In this document: positions 19,318 to 27,915 of the stretch, one piece after another
How the letters are laid out: every line of letters starts with the position of its first letter
How positions within the stretch are numbered: position 1 is the stretch's first letter
Virus record (IMG/VR): IMGVR_UViG_3300011115_000454
Span: 1-57,739 of that record
From: a virus
Lineage: Duplodnaviria; Caudoviricetes
DNA: 57,739 nt
Strand: one strand, 5' to 3'
Program-made: the position numbers and the translations under genes
The notes under the pieces: generated by a model
Told to the model about the DNA's origin: nothing
The model's input: the letters and a program-made list of their open reading frames with translations, nothing else
Databases searched by the model: none

Positions 19318-19423
19318 TTTAATTGCGTCTTAACAAGTAAAGTTGGATAATCAATTATGCCAATCAAATCTGAACCACCAACTGAAGAAACGCCAGCATG
19401 AAAATGTATAACAAGGAGTGGTC

Positions 19424-19792
19424 ATGAACCAAACGGTAGGGCGGCTAATTGCCGTTATGTTCTTAAGTCGTGAGGTTGCGCACAGAGAACATTTGCGCAC
19501 AAAATCATTTTCGCAACACATGGCGCTCAACACTTTTTATGAAGAAATTGTAGGGCTGGCTGACTCTATAGCCGAAGCATATCAAGGGCGGTTTGGAATA
19601 ATCGACAAAATACCAATGTTGGATAATGATGCTACGGGTACAATTGACGATATTCTTGAAAAACACCTTGATATCATTGAGAAATTAAGGTATATAGCTG
19701 TTGACAAATCACAGACTGCGATACAAAATCTGATTGATGAGTCTGTTGCATTGTACTTAAGTACTTTGTATAAACTTCGAAATCTGAAGTAA
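19424..19792 (+). CDS. ferritin/Dps-like four-helix protein (DUF5856-like)
   Basis: AH..HL.TKSFSQHMALNTFYE.I..LAD..AEAYQG motif; AAGGAG SD. Confidence 0.7.
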   Translation: MNQTVGRLIAVMFLSREVAHREHLRTKSFSQHMALNTFYEEIVGLADSIAEAYQGRFGIIDKIPMLDNDATGTIDDILEKHLDIIEKLRYIAVDKSQTAIQNLIDESVALYLSTLYKLRNLK

Positions 19793-19801
19793 GGAAAAAT
19801 C

Positions 19802-20437
19802 ATGCCAGTCGTTTTTACAAATAATGCCACTGCGCCTTTGGCGTCTTCAATCTCGTCTTCGACTACATCTATTACTGTAACGACAGGACAAGGCGCGTTG
19901 TTTCCCGCTACTTCTGCGTCTAATTATTTTTACGCCACTCTTACAGATTCAAGTAATAACTTGGAAGTTATTAAAGTCACTAGTCGAACATCCGATACTT
20001 TTACTGTAGTTAGAGCGCAAGAAGGCACAACAGCTCGTGCGTATGCAGCAGCCGATAAACTTGAAGTTCGTGTAACCGCAGCCGGCCTTACAAACATGGC
20101 TCAGTTGGATAAAGACAACGCTTTTACTGGGGCAAATAGCTTTTCTGGAGTAACAACCACTACTGCAGCCATAAATACAACAGGCACAATAACAGCTACG
20201 GCTTTTGCTGGGCCTATAACAGGCAATGTCACAGGTAACGTAACTGGTAATCTAACAGGCAATGTCACAGGTAATACATCAGGAACGGCGGGTAGTGTTT
20301 CTACTACTAACTGGACAATTACAGAATCAGGTACAAAAATCTACTTCACATATGGCGGTGTAAAGAAAGCAATGTTAGATTCATCAGGTAATTTAACAGT
20401 AGTTGGAAACGTAACGGGATATGGAACTGTAACATGA
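19802..20437 (+). CDS. short tail-fibre protein
   Basis: FTNNA...LEVIKVTSR...VVRAQEGTTA attachment-type domain; (GNVT)n repeats; C-terminal GNLTVVGNVTGY. Confidence 0.75.
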   Translation: MPVVFTNNATAPLASSISSSTTSITVTTGQGALFPATSASNYFYATLTDSSNNLEVIKVTSRTSDTFTVVRAQEGTTARAYAAADKLEVRVTAAGLTNMAQLDKDNAFTGANSFSGVTTTTAAINTTGTITATAFAGPITGNVTGNVTGNLTGNVTGNTSGTAGSVSTTNWTITESGTKIYFTYGGVKKAMLDSSGNLTVVGNVTGYGTVT

Positions 20438-20850
20438 CGCTACCCACATCTGGAACTATTGCAATCTCCAACTTCAATACAGAAGCTGGTTTAACATCGA
20501 CTGCGTCTATCACCCTTGATTGGATTCGTACCAATACAAAAACTGGTCAGCAATCAAATTCGTTTAATGGTTACTATAGTAAAGCATGGTATCAGCGTAA
20601 TCAAGACGGTAATTGTAACAACGCAAATTGTTCTTCTGCTGCTAATTGTGTGGGCGACCTTCAATGTGTAAATTGCACATTAGCTACTATAAATTGTTCT
20701 AACTGTGATGCTCGTTCTTGGTTTCAAAGTAATTGTAACTGCGCATGTACATATAATTGCTCTCAAACCACAAATGTAAAATATAACTGCAATTGTGATT
20801 GTGCTTGTGATTGTGTTTGCGGGGGTGATTGTGGTGTTTGTGGTGTATAA
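20434..20850 (+). CDS. Cys-rich protein (19 Cys in the last 78 aa) with a fibre-tip-like N-terminus; putative radical-SAM substrate
   Basis: MTLPTSGTIAISNFNTEAG start; NC/DC-rich C-terminus; ATGA-coupled to the fibre gene and 20 nt upstream of the rSAM gene. Confidence 0.8.
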   Translation: MTLPTSGTIAISNFNTEAGLTSTASITLDWIRTNTKTGQQSNSFNGYYSKAWYQRNQDGNCNNANCSSAANCVGDLQCVNCTLATINCSNCDARSWFQSNCNCACTYNCSQTTNVKYNCNCDCACDCVCGGDCGVCGV

Positions 20851-20870
20851 GATTATTACCAAGGAAAAAA

Positions 20871-22322
20871 ATGCAATTTAAAATTCATACATTGAATTCT
20901 GATGGGAAAAAATTAATACTAGACTATGATAACGAAACAAACGCTTTGTCTACAGAAACCGGGCATATTTTTTATGACCCCCCAAAAGAAAAATCAGAAT
21001 TTAAAACTTCTATTCCTTTTAGTAAAGTTGACCCACGTGGAAAATCTTCCAAAATAGAAATTATTAAAATCCAACTTGGATTGTCATGTAACTATAGTTG
21101 CGGGTATTGTTCGCAACGTTTTGTTGAACGTCCTACCGAAACAAGTAAAAAAGATGTTGAGTCGTTTATTGAACAAATTAACGTATTGGATTTTGACGAA
21201 AAAACAGGATTAAAAATCGAGCTTTGGGGTGGAGAACCCATGGTTTACTGGAAAACATTAGTTCCGCTTGTCGAAGCCCTGCAAGAAAAATTTGCCTCGT
21301 GGAAAAATAAACCTCGTTTTTCAATGATTACAAACGGCTCACTCCTTACGCCAGAAAAAGGATACTGGCTTATGACAAATGATTTTACTGTAGCCATTAG
21401 TCATGATGGCCCAGCACAACATCAAAGAGGGCCTGACCCATTTGATGACCCAAAACTAAAGAAAACTATACTAGATTTTTGGAAACAGATGCATCGTATG
21501 GGGCGCATAAGTTTTAACTCAATGCTTACCGCTTCTAATACCAGCAGAAAAGAAATACACGATTGGTTTATAAAATTAACAGATGACCCATCTGTAGTTC
21601 TTGGTGAGGGCGGTATTGTCGACGCCTATGATGAAGGTGGATTTGCAAGTTTATTAGATACAAAAACAAAACATTTCGCATTTCGTAAACAAGCGTTTAA
21701 TGATATTTACTCAACCAGCGGGGATGTTGGATTTAAACAAATTGTTGGGAAAATAGATTCATTTATTAATAATGTGTATTCACAAAAACCTGCTACTTCA
21801 GTAGGACAAAAATGTGGCATGGACAGTGAAAATATTATTGCTGTTGATTTGCGGGGCAACATTCTTACTTGCCACAACACAAGCTCAGTAGAAACCTCAT
21901 TTAATGGGGAAAGTCATTTAATAGGCACTGTGGCTAAAATTGATGAAGCAAAATTAACTACAGCAACACATTGGAGAAACAGACCACATTGCGCTGCTTG
22001 TCCTGTACTACATCTGTGTTCCGGCAGTTGTATGTTCCTTGAGGGTAAAAATTGGACAGAGTCATGTGCAAACGCATATAGCGATAATGTTGCATTATTT
22101 TCTTTGGCGATTGAAAAAATCACAAAAGGGTTTGTCCCATACCTTATTGAAGGTGGAGACCTCCCACCTGAACGTGCTGATATTTGGGGGGACGTGTTTA
22201 AGCACATTGAGTCCACACCCAAACAGAAATCATTTCCAGTCAAAATTATTGCCGTCGAAAAAAACATCGAAGTCAATGGCGTAGAGGTATACGCAAAATC
22301 GGAGGTAATGCATGGAGTATGA
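20871..22322 (+). CDS. radical SAM / SPASM-domain protein
   Basis: CNYSCGYC (CxxxCxxC), WGGEP, ITNG, ISHDG; SPASM Cx13Gx4C...Cx2Cx5Cx3C...C; AAGGA SD before ATG 20871. Confidence 0.92.
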   Translation: MQFKIHTLNSDGKKLILDYDNETNALSTETGHIFYDPPKEKSEFKTSIPFSKVDPRGKSSKIEIIKIQLGLSCNYSCGYCSQRFVERPTETSKKDVESFIEQINVLDFDEKTGLKIELWGGEPMVYWKTLVPLVEALQEKFASWKNKPRFSMITNGSLLTPEKGYWLMTNDFTVAISHDGPAQHQRGPDPFDDPKLKKTILDFWKQMHRMGRISFNSMLTASNTSRKEIHDWFIKLTDDPSVVLGEGGIVDAYDEGGFASLLDTKTKHFAFRKQAFNDIYSTSGDVGFKQIVGKIDSFINNVYSQKPATSVGQKCGMDSENIIAVDLRGNILTCHNTSSVETSFNGESHLIGTVAKIDEAKLTTATHWRNRPHCAACPVLHLCSGSCMFLEGKNWTESCANAYSDNVALFSLAIEKITKGFVPYLIEGGDLPPERADIWGDVFKHIESTPKQKSFPVKIIAVEKNIEVNGVEVYAKSEVMHGV

Positions 22323-22557
22323 ACAACTAATACAGAAGTTAGAAGCAATGCCCGAGGTTAGGTACGCTCTTGTTTATGAAGTGCAAGAATCAGGCGGCCT
22401 TACATATGCGGTGCAAATAGGTAACAATCGTAGTTCGCAAAGCAGAATGGGGAAAATCTTTGTTCCCCCCGAAATAATTGCAGATGTTGATGCGTACGAT
22501 AGTATTTGTGAAAATGTGCATAAAATATTTATGCAATATAAAACTGAAGCGTCGTAG
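22312..22557 (+). CDS. hypothetical 81-aa protein coupled to the rSAM gene
   Basis: GGAGG SD; overlaps the rSAM stop. Confidence 0.65.
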   Translation: MEYEQLIQKLEAMPEVRYALVYEVQESGGLTYAVQIGNNRSSQSRMGKIFVPPEIIADVDAYDSICENVHKIFMQYKTEAS

Positions 22558-22559
22558 AT

Positions 22560-23264
22560 GTGGACCCGCTTACCCTACTTGCAATGGCAAATGGTTGCGT
22601 GGCAGCCATCAGGAAGGGATGCGAACTATATAAACAAGTTAAGGGGACAATCAATGATGCCCAAAAAACTTTTAACGAAGTCAAAACTATTACTAAAGAG
22701 GTCGGCGGATTTCTTGGGTTCTTCACTAAAAAAGTGGAAGTTGAAGTTCCAGTTGAACCTAGACCTGTTGCTGGCAATAAAAAATCTGTTGCACCAGCAG
22801 ATGAAAACACTGTGTACGCTGATTTGGCGCAAAACCTGTCTAAGCTGTTCCGTTTACAAGACCAGCTTTCAAAGTATATTCGAGACGAAGAAGAAAAATC
22901 TAGAACAGTCTATGACCCAAATCAGACACTCATGGAGTCAGCCCTTCAACGTGTCTTGGTTCAAGAGCAGATGGATAAATTGGCGGAGCAAGTTCAGTGG
23001 GAAATGATTTATAACAGCCCGCCGGAATTGGGGGCGTTGTTTAGTAAATGCCATGCGATGAGAACAAAAATTATTAACGAACAAGATTACGCACGGCAGA
23101 AGATTGAAAAGAAGAAACGCGATACTCAACGCAAAAAAGAGCAGATGGTCAGTAAAATGCAGGACAACACCATCTATTTTGTGGCTGTATTTTTTGTGTT
23201 CTCGGTCATGGCTTTTACGTGGTACATCATCGTTCTTGATAGGAAGGTAAGGTATGGGTGGTAA
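22560..23264 (+). CDS. coiled-coil protein with C-terminal transmembrane helix
   Basis: MDPLTLLAMAN start; hydrophobic segment IYFVAVFFVFSVMAFTWYII. Confidence 0.7.
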   Translation: MDPLTLLAMANGCVAAIRKGCELYKQVKGTINDAQKTFNEVKTITKEVGGFLGFFTKKVEVEVPVEPRPVAGNKKSVAPADENTVYADLAQNLSKLFRLQDQLSKYIRDEEEKSRTVYDPNQTLMESALQRVLVQEQMDKLAEQVQWEMIYNSPPELGALFSKCHAMRTKIINEQDYARQKIEKKKRDTQRKKEQMVSKMQDNTIYFVAVFFVFSVMAFTWYIIVLDRKVRYGW

Positions 23265-23440
23265 ATATGAACCTTGTTATCGTAATTATTTGTGCGTTTA
23301 TTTTTGCGCTGATGCTACCTCTGCTGGCCTCCATGTATATGGATATTCAACAGACTAAAAAGGAAGCCCAAATGCAAATTGAAAAAGTTGAAAAACTCAG
23401 GCGTAAAGTGGAAAAGGAAAGGCAAAAGGAAAATGAGTAA
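23258..23440 (+). CDS. small membrane protein
   Basis: N-terminal TM helix followed by a charged tail. Confidence 0.6.
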   Translation: MVNMNLVIVIICAFIFALMLPLLASMYMDIQQTKKEAQMQIEKVEKLRRKVEKERQKENE

Positions 23441-23636
23441 ATACCTGTTAATTCTGCTTTTACTGGCGGCTTGCGAGGACAGGTATCGCTATACTTGTCA
23501 AAATCCTGACAATTTCAATTTACCTGAGTGCCAAAAGCCGCGTTGTTTGTTTACGCAAACTTGCCCAGAATATCTTGTAGCCCCTGTATTGGAGAAAAAA
23601 ATTGAACCAGAACCATCAGCAAAAACTAACAAGTGA
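23433..23636 (+). CDS. small lipoprotein
   Basis: MSKYLLILLLLAAC lipobox; four further Cys (DRYRYTCQNP...C.KP.C...TC). Confidence 0.7.
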   Translation: MSKYLLILLLLAACEDRYRYTCQNPDNFNLPECQKPRCLFTQTCPEYLVAPVLEKKIEPEPSAKTNK

Positions 23637-24084
23637 AGAAATAGAGACCCGCATATGGGCGTTTGTGGTCATTATGGTCACCGTCATATTGGCAGGTATT
23701 GTATTTGCGCTTCTGTATAGCGTTACGTTTGTTGTGCAGCCTATCAAAAGCATGGCTCCGATAGACCAAGCCTATACTAAAATGCTCAACGACATCGTGC
23801 TCCTCATCGTGGGTGGAATTGGCGGGGTCATTGGTAAAAAGGGTGTAGGAGCAATTGCTCAGTCAATGACAAACACAACCCCTGTTCCTACTCCAACATT
23901 TCCTACTCCTCCCCCTTCTACTACGCCTACATCAACGTGGGTTTCATCAGGCGCATTACCTGCATGGGTTAATCCTCCATTAGATGAGACATGGACACCA
24001 CCCCCACCCCCCACAACACCACCACGTTTAGAAGACGAAGCGGAACGTGAAGCCACTGCTGAAGCAAGAGCGAGTGTTAAATGA
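23602..24084 (+). CDS. two-TM membrane protein, holin candidate
   Basis: two hydrophobic segments; Pro-rich tail; in the lysis cluster. Confidence 0.55.
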   Translation: MNQNHQQKLTSEEIETRIWAFVVIMVTVILAGIVFALLYSVTFVVQPIKSMAPIDQAYTKMLNDIVLLIVGGIGGVIGKKGVGAIAQSMTNTTPVPTPTFPTPPPSTTPTSTWVSSGALPAWVNPPLDETWTPPPPPTTPPRLEDEAEREATAEARASVK

Positions 24085-24551
24085 TAGGTTTACCTAATCC
24101 TTGGTTTATATTAGGTGCAATTGCTGTTGCTACATCTACATACTTCTATGGACACCATCGTGGATGGGATGACAGAAACATTGAGATGCAGGCCGAGATT
24201 GCCAAACTAAACGAAGAGTCCCGTACTAAAGAGCAGGAACTTAACAAATCTGTTACTGAAAAATCGTATGCGTTGAGGAAAGCCAATGATGAAATTACTA
24301 AAAAACAGTCTGATATATCTAAGCTTGTCGATGATGGTCGCTTGCGCCTCCCGACCCCAAGTTGCGTACCAGCCACCACAGATGCCACCGCTACCGCCCG
24401 AAATAGGGAAGATGCAAGACCCGACCCTTACGGAGAGACTATTAAAGCTATTGTCGCCCTCGCCATCGAAGGAGACCGAAACACCCAGCAGCTCAACGCC
24501 TGCATCTCAACCTACAACGAAGTGAGGGAAAAAATAAATGTTAAACGCTAA
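24081..24551 (+). CDS. Rz-like inner-membrane spanin
   Basis: N-terminal TM, coiled coil, GRLRL motif, QLNAC near the C-terminus. Confidence 0.8.
   Translation: MIGLPNPWFILGAIAVATSTYFYGHHRGWDDRNIEMQAEIAKLNEESRTKEQELNKSVTEKSYALRKANDEITKKQSDISKLVDDGRLRLPTPSCVPATTDATATARNREDARPDPYGETIKAIVALAIEGDRNTQQLNACISTYNEVREKINVKR
24286..24525 (+). CDS. Rz1-like outer-membrane spanin nested in Rz
   Basis: signal peptide with MVAC lipobox; Pro-rich mature part; fully embedded in the +1 frame. Confidence 0.78.
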   Translation: MMKLLKNSLIYLSLSMMVACASRPQVAYQPPQMPPLPPEIGKMQDPTLTERLLKLLSPSPSKETETPSSSTPASQPTTK

Positions 24552-25134
24552 CCAGCTAACTAAACTACACATTAACCCTGATTTAGCAGACCCGCTAAAC
24601 GAAACTTTTGAACGCTTTGGAATTTCTAGTAAAAACCAACAAGCTGCGTTCCTTGGACAGTGCGGGCACGAGTGCGGGAACTTTAGAGTCTTTGAGGAAA
24701 ACCTTAACTACAGAGCCGCCACCTTAATGAAATTATGGCCCAAGCGTTTTCCTACGCTAGAGATTGCGAATGCCTACGAAAAAAATCCACAGAAAATTGC
24801 CAATATGGTTTACAGCAATCGTATGGGGAACAGAGATGAAAAGTCTGGGGACGGGTATCGGTTTCGCGGCTCCGGAGCCGTTCAGTTGACCGGGCACGAA
24901 AATTTCTTTCACGCTGGTAAAGCACTTGGCGTTGACTTTGTAATGCAACCCGAACTGGTCAGAACTCCTAAATACGCATTACTCACAGCCGGTTGGTTTT
25001 GGAGCACTCACAAATGCAATCCCCCAGCTGACGCTCTTGACCATGTACGCCTGACCAAAATCATAAATGGCGGCACAATTGGGCTTGACGACAGAATCAA
25101 ACACACAATGGAAGCTCTAGCTGTTATTTCATAA
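24538..25134 (+). CDS. GH19 (chitinase-like) endolysin
   Basis: AAFLGQCGHEC, ENLNY, GDGYRFRG.G..QLTG..N, AGWFW, INGGTIGL..R. Confidence 0.9.
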   Translation: MLNANQLTKLHINPDLADPLNETFERFGISSKNQQAAFLGQCGHECGNFRVFEENLNYRAATLMKLWPKRFPTLEIANAYEKNPQKIANMVYSNRMGNRDEKSGDGYRFRGSGAVQLTGHENFFHAGKALGVDFVMQPELVRTPKYALLTAGWFWSTHKCNPPADALDHVRLTKIINGGTIGLDDRIKHTMEALAVIS

Positions 25135-25177
25135 TATCTATACAATACCTTTGTGTTTAACAAAATGGAGAATTAAA

Positions 25178-25420
25178 ATGGCAATGACACTTGACCAATT
25201 TCTAGAAGCATCAGGCGCAGAATACTGTGCTGGAATTATTATCCATGGCATCATGGGTGATAGAAAAAAACTTGGTACTTATGATGACGGTGTTTTTCAA
25301 TTAAACGCCGAAGGACAAGCCATGTTGACAGAATTAGAGGCTGCAGAAATTGCGCCCGAAGCTACCACTAAACGTGGACGTAAGAAAGCAGAAGAGACTA
25401 CCGAGCCAGCGGCTGAGTAA
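25178..25420 (+). CDS. hypothetical protein
   Basis: GGAG SD before ATG 25178. Confidence 0.6.
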   Translation: MAMTLDQFLEASGAEYCAGIIIHGIMGDRKKLGTYDDGVFQLNAEGQAMLTELEAAEIAPEATTKRGRKKAEETTEPAAE

Positions 25421-25436
25421 TTTATAGGGGGCGGAA

Positions 25437-27278
25437 ATGCCATTTATCAAACTTGAAAATTTTTCGGGTATTTCCCCCCGCACTGGCCCAACTTTGCTTG
25501 AAGCAAATCAAGCGCAAACTGCAAACAATTTAAAAATTCAATCAGGGGAATTACGCCCTTGGCGTCAACCTGTACTTTCGTATGTGACATCTAATACGAC
25601 AAATACACAAACTATTTACAAACTTCAAAATACAAATACTGGCTCGTATGTTTGGCTTGAATGGACTGTTGACGTGGATGTAGTCGCCAGCCCTGTAGCT
25701 GATTCAACTGATTATCGTATTTACTACACTAACGGCACAGCACCAAAGAAAACTAATTGGAATTTAGCCACAACTAGTGAAACAGGCGTAAAACCATTTC
25801 CCGATACAGAATACAACATGGGGGTTCCTTCTCCTACAGCAGCTCCAACGCTTACTAAAGTTGGTGGCTCTGGAACTATTCATGAAGACAGAGTGTATGT
25901 ATATACATACATTAGCACATTTGGGGCAGTTCTTGAAGAATCTGCTCCTAGCCCGCCAACAACTATTGTTTCAGTTGAGCCTAATGCTTCTGTAACAGTT
26001 AGTGCGTTTAGTACTGCTCCTACAACATCGGCTGGGTACAACATTACTGCCATCAGAATTTACAGGTCAGTATCTAGCGGTACAACGGCTAACTATTTGT
26101 ATGTAGGTACAGTAACTGTTACCCCTTCTACGGGTGCGGCGTCCGGTTCTTTTTCTGATGCGGTGTTAGCAGCCAACCTTGGAATTGCAATTCCATCACT
26201 TTATTACACACCTCCGCCTGCTGGTTTAAAAGGGCTTGTGTCTATGCCAAACGGAATATTGGCGGGATTTCAAAATAACGAAGTATGGTTTTGCGAACCG
26301 TATTTACCGCATGCGTGGCCTGTTAGCTACATGTTGACGGTTAATGCCCCTATAGTTGGGCTTGGTGTGTTCGGGCAAACCCTAGTAGTGTGTACATCAA
26401 AAAGTCCGTTTTTAATTACCGGTAGTCAACCAGGGGCAATGACTCAAGAACGGCTTTCCATACCCGAACCTTGTGTGTCTAAAAAATCAATTGTTAGCGA
26501 CCAGTTTGGTGTTTTGTATGCCAGCCCCAACGGGCTTGTATCTTTATCCCCCGGAACGCAAGACGTTATTAGCAGGGCTTTGTTTACTCGAGATGAGTGG
26601 CAAACTTATATACCGACTACTTTTGTATCGGCTATATATCAAAACATGTATATTGCTTTTTACACCATAGGGGCTACTGTAAAAGCCTTGATATTAACTA
26701 GAGGTGATAACCCCCCATTAATAACACTTGACACAGGGGCGCAGGCTGTTTTTGTTGAGCGCACAACAGCAAACGTATATGTTGTTAGTCCTACCGATGG
26801 TTATATTTACCAACTTGACGCAGACCCAGTAAATAATTTGTTTTTTGAATGGAAATCAAAGAAGTTTGTTTTACCCGAACCCACTAATTTTGGCATTGCA
26901 AAAATGCAAGCAGACTGGGAATACATTTCCAGTACCACGGCGTACAATGCTCATGTTGCCGAAATTGTTGCAGCCAATCAAGCACTTTGGGCTCTTGGCG
27001 GGTCTTTAAAAAGCACTCTTAACAGGGCTTTACTTAATGGTTTATTATTAAACGGAAGTACTTTAGAACCCATTCCAAACATAGCTGAGACTAGAAACGT
27101 ACAGGCTTTATTAATTGCGGATTATGTGGACATTTATAGTACTGGATTTACATCCCAAGAACCAGCTCGGTTACCTTCCAGCAAAAAAGGCTATGTGTGG
27201 GAAATCAAATTAACCGGAAATGCGCCAATACGGTCTTTTAAAATGGCTACATCTGTGGGGGAATTAAAACAAATATGA
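25437..27278 (+). CDS. tail nozzle / stabilisation-type protein
   Basis: FSGISPR start; FCEPYLPHAWP; YASPNGLV; WKSKKF; precedes the ejection genes. Confidence 0.7.
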   Translation: MPFIKLENFSGISPRTGPTLLEANQAQTANNLKIQSGELRPWRQPVLSYVTSNTTNTQTIYKLQNTNTGSYVWLEWTVDVDVVASPVADSTDYRIYYTNGTAPKKTNWNLATTSETGVKPFPDTEYNMGVPSPTAAPTLTKVGGSGTIHEDRVYVYTYISTFGAVLEESAPSPPTTIVSVEPNASVTVSAFSTAPTTSAGYNITAIRIYRSVSSGTTANYLYVGTVTVTPSTGAASGSFSDAVLAANLGIAIPSLYYTPPPAGLKGLVSMPNGILAGFQNNEVWFCEPYLPHAWPVSYMLTVNAPIVGLGVFGQTLVVCTSKSPFLITGSQPGAMTQERLSIPEPCVSKKSIVSDQFGVLYASPNGLVSLSPGTQDVISRALFTRDEWQTYIPTTFVSAIYQNMYIAFYTIGATVKALILTRGDNPPLITLDTGAQAVFVERTTANVYVVSPTDGYIYQLDADPVNNLFFEWKSKKFVLPEPTNFGIAKMQADWEYISSTTAYNAHVAEIVAANQALWALGGSLKSTLNRALLNGLLLNGSTLEPIPNIAETRNVQALLIADYVDIYSTGFTSQEPARLPSSKKGYVWEIKLTGNAPIRSFKMATSVGELKQI

Positions 27279-27478
27279 AAAAACCTGCTATACCCGGAAC
27301 CAGTAATTTATCTCAAGAATTGGCTCAAATACTTGCGCCTATAAAAACAAATGTGGAGTTAATAACTGGAGCAAGACCCGGGTCTGTATCTCTAACAGCG
27401 TTGCCTACCACGGCTTCTTTATCAGATGTCATTACGCAAGTCAATTTAATCCTTTCCAGAATCCAACAATCTGGTTAA
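27275..27478 (+). CDS. small virion-module protein
   Basis: ATGA-coupled; MKKPAIP start. Confidence 0.6.
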   Translation: MKKPAIPGTSNLSQELAQILAPIKTNVELITGARPGSVSLTALPTTASLSDVITQVNLILSRIQQSG

Positions 27479-27489
27479 GATATGCCTTC

Positions 27490-27915
27490 ATGAAGTCAAT
27501 TGTTTACGGTCAAGACGAAAGAGTAATGAAATGGGTTGGTGAACGGTTAGACGAGACAGATTTTGGGCCAGGTAGCATAGCTATAGGTTTGGAGCGGGAT
27601 GGTGAGTTGATTGCTGGTGTGGTGTATAACATGTATTCAAAGGCGTCAATTTGTATGAATGTTGCGGCAGTTCCAGGTAAAGATTGGTTGTCAAGGTCGT
27701 TTCTATACGCAACTTTTGCGTATCCTTTTGTCCAACTTAAATGTAACCGAGTAACAGCACTGGTAAAAATGAACAACGAAATCTCTAAAAAGTTTGTACA
27801 AAGTTTAGGATGGAAACCGGAAGGTTGTATGCGCAAAGCATCTACTGATGGACAAGATATGTTAGTTTATGGCATGCTCCGTGAGGAATGCCGTTGGATT
27901 GGAGTTAAACCATGA
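27490..27915 (+). CDS. GNAT-fold protein (podoviral gp13-like position)
   Basis: FAYPFVQLKCNRV...N..S.K....LGW..EG..R...YGMLREEC. Confidence 0.75.
   Translation: MKSIVYGQDERVMKWVGERLDETDFGPGSIAIGLERDGELIAGVVYNMYSKASICMNVAAVPGKDWLSRSFLYATFAYPFVQLKCNRVTALVKMNNEISKKFVQSLGWKPEGCMRKASTDGQDMLVYGMLREECRWIGVKP

Noticed and set aside
20829-20870. ORF-track start of the rSAM gene at 20829
   Set aside because: The extension is a shadow of the Cys-rich gene end; ATG 20871 has the SD
22558-23007. 149-aa alternative-frame ORF over 22560..23264
   Set aside because: No SD and a Leu/Lys shadow-frame composition
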